Shown here: one piece after another, positions 59,224 through 64,000 of the stretch
How positions within the stretch are numbered: position 1 is the stretch's first letter
How the letters are laid out: every line of letters begins with the position of its first letter
Origin: an uncultured Gammaproteobacteria bacterium
Lineage (GTDB): Bacteria > Cyanobacteriota > Vampirovibrionia > Gastranaerophilales > CAZEDP01
Direction of reading: 5' to 3'
Assembly: GCA_964643065.1 (NCBI GenBank)
Contig: CAZXPD010000007.1
Span: 136-64,135 of the forward strand
DNA: 64,000 bases
Program-made: the position numbers and the translations under genes
The notes under the pieces: model-generated
The model's input: the letters and a program-made list of their open reading frames with translations, nothing else
The model's database searches: none
Told to the model about the DNA's origin: nothing

Positions 59224-59451
59224 ATGAACCCACGTTTTACGTTCCAGTTTCAATTCGAAAAAACCAAAAATCTTGATGAAACAATTATTTCCTACCTGCT
59301 GAATGAAAAAACTAATACTGAAATAGCAAACGAAACAGGATACTCAATGGGATATATAAAAAGAAGGTTAAGCTACCTGTTTAAACTTTACGGAGTAAAA
59401 ACCAAGGTCGGGCTTGTCAGAGAAATCCTGAGACTGGATCAAACCTGGTAA
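59224..59451 (+). CDS. Small LuxR/GerE-type helix-turn-helix protein
   Basis: 75 aa with ribosome-binding site AGGAGGA and an HTH (TNTEIANETGYSMGYIKRRLSYLFKLYGV). Confidence 0.65.
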   Translation: MNPRFTFQFQFEKTKNLDETIISYLLNEKTNTEIANETGYSMGYIKRRLSYLFKLYGVKTKVGLVREILRLDQTW

Positions 59452-59466
59452 TTACGGTTAAAACAC

Positions 59467-59490
59467 AAAACCCCCTTAAAGGGGGTTTTT
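59467..59490. terminator. Bidirectional intrinsic terminator
   Basis: AAAACCCCC-TTAAA-GGGGGTTTT. Confidence 0.8.
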
Positions 59491-60466
59491 AAATGTTAAT
59501 AAATTTGATGTTAAAATCCCTGCATGCCGAAATACAATAACCGCAAAGCACGCATTTTTCGTGAATTACTTTTGCAATGCCGTACTCCAAAACAATTGCA
59601 TTCTGCGGACATATTTTAATGCACTCTTTGCATGCGCTGCACCATGGTTCAACAGAAACCCGCTTTTTCTTGAATGCAGCCTGCCCGATGCTCTTTTCCG
59701 CATTCCCCGTGAAAAAACCAATATTGCAGTCCAATTCTTCTATACAGGACATTCCTGCCGCAACCGAATCAATATAGGGATTATCAAGCACATATCGGAA
59801 AGATTTCTCAAGTTCCCCCGCAAAAAGTCCCCCCGCAAGAACTTTCATTGCAAAAATTCCCTTGCCGTTTGCTTTAGCGGTAGAAATCGCCTCCTCCATA
59901 TCTTTAAGGCATCCGTCTCTTATTCCGATTCCTTTAAAGTTTATCAGGGGCATAATGACATCAATTTCTTCAATACTTGACGCTTGCATGACGGCTTTGG
60001 CGCTGTGTGAGGTTAAGGAAACAGCTTTAATGATACCCTTTTCTTTTGCTTGAAAAAGCGCTCTCAGGGCATCTTTTCTAAACATCCCGTTGTAAAATTC
60101 TTCCATTCGTACTTCATGAAGTCCGAAAACTTCGATAATATCTTTATTTATTGCTTTTCTGCATTTATCAATACTCAAAAGCATTTCCTGATGTGTTTGA
60201 GCGTAAGAACGCGAAGATATAATTATATCCTGCGGGCTTCCCGTTGCCTGAAAACCCTCCCGTACATGCGGATAAGTCTCATACAGTTCTGCCCCGTCCC
60301 AAAAGTTAATACCGCGTTCATAACCTGCTTTCAGAAGCAAACCCGCTTGTGCCGGAGAAATGTTTGAATGATAAGGACTGAAAGAAAGCGTACCCCAGCA
60401 GAGTTTTGATACACACAGGCCGGAATCGCCCAACGAAACTTTTTTAATTATTAAATCGTTACCCAC
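59489..60466 (-). CDS. Aldo/keto reductase fused to a C-terminal 2x[4Fe-4S] ferredoxin domain
   Basis: 325 aa with an AKR barrel (..GINFWDGAELYE..) and C-terminal motifs CSACKECIKICP and CVLCGYCISAC. Confidence 0.82.
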   Translation of the reverse strand: MGNDLIIKKVSLGDSGLCVSKLCWGTLSFSPYHSNISPAQAGLLLKAGYERGINFWDGAELYETYPHVREGFQATGSPQDIIISSRSYAQTHQEMLLSIDKCRKAINKDIIEVFGLHEVRMEEFYNGMFRKDALRALFQAKEKGIIKAVSLTSHSAKAVMQASSIEEIDVIMPLINFKGIGIRDGCLKDMEEAISTAKANGKGIFAMKVLAGGLFAGELEKSFRYVLDNPYIDSVAAGMSCIEELDCNIGFFTGNAEKSIGQAAFKKKRVSVEPWCSACKECIKICPQNAIVLEYGIAKVIHEKCVLCGYCISACRDFNIKFINI

Positions 60467-61200
60467 GGACTTTTTTCCTCCGCGGCAAAAACTTCAACAT
60501 TGTATTGAGCTAAAATCTCATTCAAACGCGGAATTATTACTCTCTCTGTTTCAAAATGCCCCGCATCCGCAAGAGCAAAATCCTGCACAGCCAAAGCCTG
60601 ATGGTATTTAATATCAGCCGTCACATACAGATCAATATCTTTAAGCTCCCCGATAAAATCTCCGCCACCGCCGGGACACAACGCAACTTTTTTGACGGTT
60701 TTAATCCCCGCAGGATTAATAATTCTCAGCTTATCAACATTTAGCGCTTTTTTTAATTTTGATAAATAATTATCCAACGTCTCTACCTTTTCTGTCATTC
60801 CAATTCTGACAAATTCATTGGAATTCACAACATTAACCAACCCAAGCATTTCCGCAAGACGATCTGCAAGTCCTCCCATACACGAATCAAGATTTGTATG
60901 CATTGAATAAATTTGTATATTATTCTTAATTGCCGTTTCAATTATTTTTCCGCTCGGAGTATCAGAATTAATTTTTTTTAATTTGTCAAAAATCAACGGG
61001 TGATGCGAAACAATTAAATCACAGCCCCTGTCAGCCGCTTGTTCAACCACATCAATTGAAGGCGTGACGCAGAGCATGATTTTTTTAACTTCAGTATTTG
61101 AAAGAAAAATCTGCCAGCCGGAATTATCCCATTCACACGCCATTTGAGGTGGCGCGAATTCTTCAAGTTTTTTTATGATTGTTTCTAATTTTTCGCTCAT
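60451..61200 (-). CDS. Nif3-like dinuclear metal centre protein (GTP cyclohydrolase 1 type 2 homologue)
   Basis: 249 aa (..DLIVSHHPLIF.., ..YSMHTNLD.., ..ADAGHFETE). Confidence 0.88.
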   Translation of the reverse strand: MSEKLETIIKKLEEFAPPQMACEWDNSGWQIFLSNTEVKKIMLCVTPSIDVVEQAADRGCDLIVSHHPLIFDKLKKINSDTPSGKIIETAIKNNIQIYSMHTNLDSCMGGLADRLAEMLGLVNVVNSNEFVRIGMTEKVETLDNYLSKLKKALNVDKLRIINPAGIKTVKKVALCPGGGGDFIGELKDIDLYVTADIKYHQALAVQDFALADAGHFETERVIIPRLNEILAQYNVEVFAAEEKSPWVTI

Positions 61201-62384
61201 TTTTCAAAAACTTCCTCTAATATTTGTCGGGCAATGTCTGTTTTTAGTGCTCTTTTGATAGTTTTTGCTTCGCCCTTTTTATTAATAAGCAAAACTTCAT
61301 TGTAATCGCTGTCAAACCCGCAATCCTTTCGCGAAATATCATTAGCAGCGATAAAATCAAGATTCTTTGCTTTAAGTTTGCTTACGGCATTTGATTTTAG
61401 ATTTTCGCTTTCGGCGCAAAATCCAACTGTTACTTGATTTTTCTTTTTTAATTTACCGACTTCCGCCAAGATATCGGGATTCTTTACCAGCCTTAATGTC
61501 AATTCATCCATATCTTTGGACTTCTTAATTTTTGTGTTTTTCACAGATTCGGGACGAAAATCCGCAACCGCCGCAGCCATAATAAGAGCATCGCAGTATT
61601 TAAAATTATCCTTAACATTTTCCAGCATGTCCTGTGCTGATTGAACTTTTATGACCTTATACGGACGCGAAATTTCAACGGTTGTTATTAAGGTTGTTTC
61701 GGCGCCTGCTTCAAATGCTTTATCGGCAAGAGCAATTCCCATTTTACCGGAGCTGTAATTCCCAATAAATCTCACGGGATCAATGTTTTCTTTTGTTCCG
61801 CCGGAAGTTACGAGAATTTTTTTCCCCTTCAAAAACACCTGACTGTCAAAAACGCTTTTCACTTTTTCAACAATTGCGCAAGGTTCAGCTAATCTTCCGT
61901 TTCCGCTCCATCCGCAGGCAAGTTCACCTTCTTCCGGTTCAATGACAATTATTCCGCTGTTTTTCAAAATATCAAGATTCTTTTTAAAAATCGGATTATC
62001 CCACATACCCGTATTCATAGATGGAGCGATTATGATTTTTTTTTGGAAAGCAAGTGCAATGGAAGTCAACAGATTATCGCAAATGCCGTTTGCAATTTTG
62101 CTTATGGTATTTGCCGTTGCAGGAGCAATTAAAAAAATATCGCTGTCATCTGCAAGACTGATATGCTCGGGTTTCCACTCGGGAACATCAAATTGCTCGC
62201 AGTAAACTTCATTTCTCGTGAGGGTACGCAAAGTCGTCAGTGTCACAAATTCCTTTGCATTCGGAGTAATGACAGCTTTAACATCTGCACCCTGCTTTAC
62301 AAGCAGTCGAATAATTTCGCAGGACTTATATGCAGCAATTGCGCCTGTTATTCCGAATAAAATTTTTTTTCCTTTAAGAGACAT
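61197..62384 (-). CDS. coaBC: Bifunctional phosphopantothenoylcysteine decarboxylase/phosphopantothenate-cysteine ligase
   Basis: 395 aa with an N-terminal flavoprotein domain (ILFGITGAIAAYK, PATANT) and a C-terminal CoaB domain (TSGGT.E.IDPVRFI.N.SSGKMG, AAAVADFRP). Confidence 0.95.
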   Translation of the reverse strand: MSLKGKKILFGITGAIAAYKSCEIIRLLVKQGADVKAVITPNAKEFVTLTTLRTLTRNEVYCEQFDVPEWKPEHISLADDSDIFLIAPATANTISKIANGICDNLLTSIALAFQKKIIIAPSMNTGMWDNPIFKKNLDILKNSGIIVIEPEEGELACGWSGNGRLAEPCAIVEKVKSVFDSQVFLKGKKILVTSGGTKENIDPVRFIGNYSSGKMGIALADKAFEAGAETTLITTVEISRPYKVIKVQSAQDMLENVKDNFKYCDALIMAAAVADFRPESVKNTKIKKSKDMDELTLRLVKNPDILAEVGKLKKKNQVTVGFCAESENLKSNAVSKLKAKNLDFIAANDISRKDCGFDSDYNEVLLINKKGEAKTIKRALKTDIARQILEEVFEK

Positions 62385-62958
62385 TTTGAGTTTTTTTGTT
62401 CAATTCACTTAAAACGATATTTTTAAGCTTTTCGTATGCAACGCTTAAATCATCATTAATTATTTCATAATCAAACAAAATTTTCCTCTCAAGTTCGCTT
62501 TTTACTATGGCAAGTCTGTTTTCAATAGCTTGCGGAGAATCGGTCTTCCGTTTGAAAAGTCTCGATTTCAGCACATCTATTGAAGGCGGCAGAATAAAAA
62601 TTAAAACCGCATCTTCAATTTTCTCGTTAACCTGAACGGCGCCTTTTACGTCAATTTCGAGAAAAACATCATTACCGATGAGAAGAGTATCCTGAAGATT
62701 TTTTATTGCAGTACCGTAATAGTTTCCCGCAAACTCCGCCCATTCGAGAAACTCACCCTTATTTACCATTAACCGAAATGTTTCCTGATTTACAAAATGA
62801 TAATCAACATCCGGTACTTCATTGAACCGCGGACGTCTTGTAGTATAAGAAATAGAAAGTTTAACATCAGGAAAATCTTTGCACAGCATACCAAGTAAAG
62901 TTCCCTTGCCGACGCCGGAAGGACCTGATAATACAAAAATTTTTCCCTTTTTCACCAT
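62374..62958 (-). CDS. gmk: Guanylate kinase
   Basis: 194 aa (GPSGVGKGT, TTR.PR..E..G.DY.F, EWAEF.GNYYGT). Confidence 0.95.
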   Translation of the reverse strand: MVKKGKIFVLSGPSGVGKGTLLGMLCKDFPDVKLSISYTTRRPRFNEVPDVDYHFVNQETFRLMVNKGEFLEWAEFAGNYYGTAIKNLQDTLLIGNDVFLEIDVKGAVQVNEKIEDAVLIFILPPSIDVLKSRLFKRKTDSPQAIENRLAIVKSELERKILFDYEIINDDLSVAYEKLKNIVLSELNKKTQNVS

Positions 62959-63110
62959 AATTCAAATGTAACATAAAATTCAAATTGAGTTAAGGGGGCA
63001 ATGACGACGAATAGAAAAAAGGAGCTTTTTAACCATTCGTTAACAGCCGCGAAAAGCATATATTCTTTCTTCAAAATCCCCGCGGTTATAAGGCGCCTTT
63101 TAGGAGGCTG

Positions 63111-63617
63111 TTATGGATTCAACACCGGCGGCAAACCGCGTTTAGTTCTGAAAAACTTTATGAATCCTTTTGCCAAGTCCCTGAGTGACGGCTTCTGTAT
63201 ATTTTCCCCTGAAGAGCTTTCGATTTTATAATGACCGACTTCATTGGAAAATTCTAATTTTAGCTTGGTTGTCATTTCTTTGCCTAATGTAAACGAACTG
63301 CTGAGCTGTTTGATGGAACTGATTGAATCAAAATCAAAATCAGCCATTCCCGCATGTTCTTTTAAGAAATTAATAAAACTGTCAAAATTCCAATATGTTT
63401 CGGGGTTGGGAATTAATTCTGATTTAGAACCTCGTTTAACATCATGGATTATAAGTTTTGTACCCGCAGGCAGGTTATTCAATCGTTCTGCGAACTTAAT
63501 AAACGCGGGTTTCCACTGCACAAAACCGTGGCTATAGGTTACAACCGGAATGCCCTTAAAGTTCTGAGGTCTAATCGCTGTATTATGATGATTTAAATTC
63601 CTGCTTTGCACCTGCAT
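63111..63617 (-). CDS. Hypothetical protein with the shared N-terminal module (MQVQSRNLNHHNTAIRPQNFKGIPV..)
   Basis: The internal ATG at 63617 is preceded by GGAG 9 nt upstream and gives the module-type N-terminus. The track start at 63686 adds 23 aa with no ribosome-binding site. Confidence 0.6.
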   Translation of the reverse strand: MQVQSRNLNHHNTAIRPQNFKGIPVVTYSHGFVQWKPAFIKFAERLNNLPAGTKLIIHDVKRGSKSELIPNPETYWNFDSFINFLKEHAGMADFDFDSISSIKQLSSSFTLGKEMTTKLKLEFSNEVGHYKIESSSGENIQKPSLRDLAKGFIKFFRTKRGLPPVLNP

Positions 63618-63744
63618 AATGTAATCTCCGTTGCTATATATAATGTTAAAGTCAGAACACGGCAAAACGTGATAGTCAATAAGCAAATTTTTAAGAAATA
63701 TTTACAGAATTTTGCAACCTATTTGCAGCCTTTAACGCCAAACC

Positions 63745-64000
63745 GTCTTCTTGAGCGACAGCGATAGATCTTAATATTGTTGTGTCATTCTCAGCCCCGA
63801 AGGGGCGTGAGAATCTGTCCCTTAACCAACACAAAACAGCTTCATAAAGCCATATCTCATCAATTGCGAGCGACCAAAGGCAGCGCGGCAATCCAAAAAT
63901 ACCCTTTATCGTCATTCTGAGCGCAAGCGAAGAATCTCATAATCATTGCCTCCAAAGAAAAAAAGAAATGTCATTCTCAGCCTCGCACTGGCGTGAGAAT
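63745..64000 (+). repeat. Array of at least five GTCAT...ATC-family hairpin repeats, truncated by the window end
   Basis: Copies lie at 63745-63770 (degenerate), 63784-63815 (GTCAT-TCTCAGCCCC-GAA-GGGGCGTGAGA-ATC), about 63857-63893 (variant TCAT..TTGC..GCAATC), 63911-63936 (GTCAT-TCT-GA-GC-GCAA-GC-GA-AGA-ATC) and 63970-64000 (GTCAT-TCTCAGCC-TCGCACT-GGCGTGAGA-AT). Confidence 0.65.

Noticed and set aside
1527-62412. Numerous 60-160-aa ORFs antisense to or nested in large genes, for example 1527-1817, 17024-17464, 18069-18551, 36437-36724, 45861-46541, 46714-47787, 49836-50294, 53680-54048, 57692-58195, 59561-60367 and 61942-62412
   Set aside because: Each lies entirely within a longer ORF that has clear family motifs on the other strand or frame. 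They have low-complexity or hydrophobic composition typical of AT-rich antisense frames, and no ribosome-binding sites.
63691-63915. 74-aa minus-strand ORF at the window end
   Set aside because: It is composed of translated hairpin repeats (..FSRPFGAENDTT..) and has no ribosome-binding site.
63745-64000. Possible CRISPR array, because of closely spaced repeated units
   Set aside because: The repeat units are not identical; only the GTCAT/ATC flanks are shared. They are internally palindromic with variable stems, the spacing is irregular (about 39-74 nt), and no cas genes are present. They fit REP-like hairpins better.
1-64000. Mobile elements, prophage, integrons, tRNA or rRNA genes
   Set aside because: No transposase, integrase, recombinase or phage structural ORFs were seen in the six-frame track. 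No terminal inverted repeats flank any block. No tRNA-like T-arm (GGTTCGAATCC-type) or rRNA sequence was spotted by eye in the intergenic regions. A tRNAscan or Infernal run would be needed to be certain.

Overview
This is an AT-rich bacterial chromosomal window that reads with the standard genetic code. It holds about 60 protein genes. I found no rRNA, tRNA, CRISPR array, transposase, integrase or phage genes.

The backbone is housekeeping. It includes the block infA-rpmJ-rpsM-rpsK-rpsD-rpoA-rplQ-truA-rplM-rpsI, plus glnS, guaA, hisS, rph, murI, tadA, hup, dut, queD, gmk and coaBC. The rpoA-rplQ-truA-rplM-rpsI order and the cyanobacterial-type L17 termini suggest a non-photosynthetic relative of cyanobacteria, such as Melainabacteria/Gastranaerophilales. 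That placement is inference only.

Signalling genes include a GAF histidine kinase with an OmpR-type regulator, a GGDEF protein, an HD-GYP protein and a dCache chemoreceptor. Envelope and glycan genes include an AMIN-amidase, a GT9 transferase and a small cluster encoding a methyltransferase, a glycosyltransferase, FdtA and FdtB.

Findings worth a second look:
1. A two-gene RiPP-like cassette at 34355-36315. It pairs a 165-aa protein whose Cys residues are all in a C-terminal (C-x-S/T) run with an RRE-fused radical SAM/SPASM enzyme.
2. A conserved Asn/Ser-rich N-terminal module, M-[KQ]-[VI]...C-x-x-[NS]...[VI]-[SQ]-F-[GKR], fused to at least nine otherwise unrelated hypothetical proteins. This looks like an undescribed targeting or export signal.
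3. A tandem SPASM radical SAM, B12 radical SAM and M16 peptidase block, with a nearby acidic-leader Cys/His-rich 60-aa peptide.
4. A family of short hairpin repeats with fixed GTCAT...ATC flanks and covarying stems.
5. A Cys4 zinc-ribbon-like insertion in ribosomal protein L17.
6. Two candidate unannotated small RNAs.

All calls come from reading the ORF translations and the DNA by eye. No database search was run.
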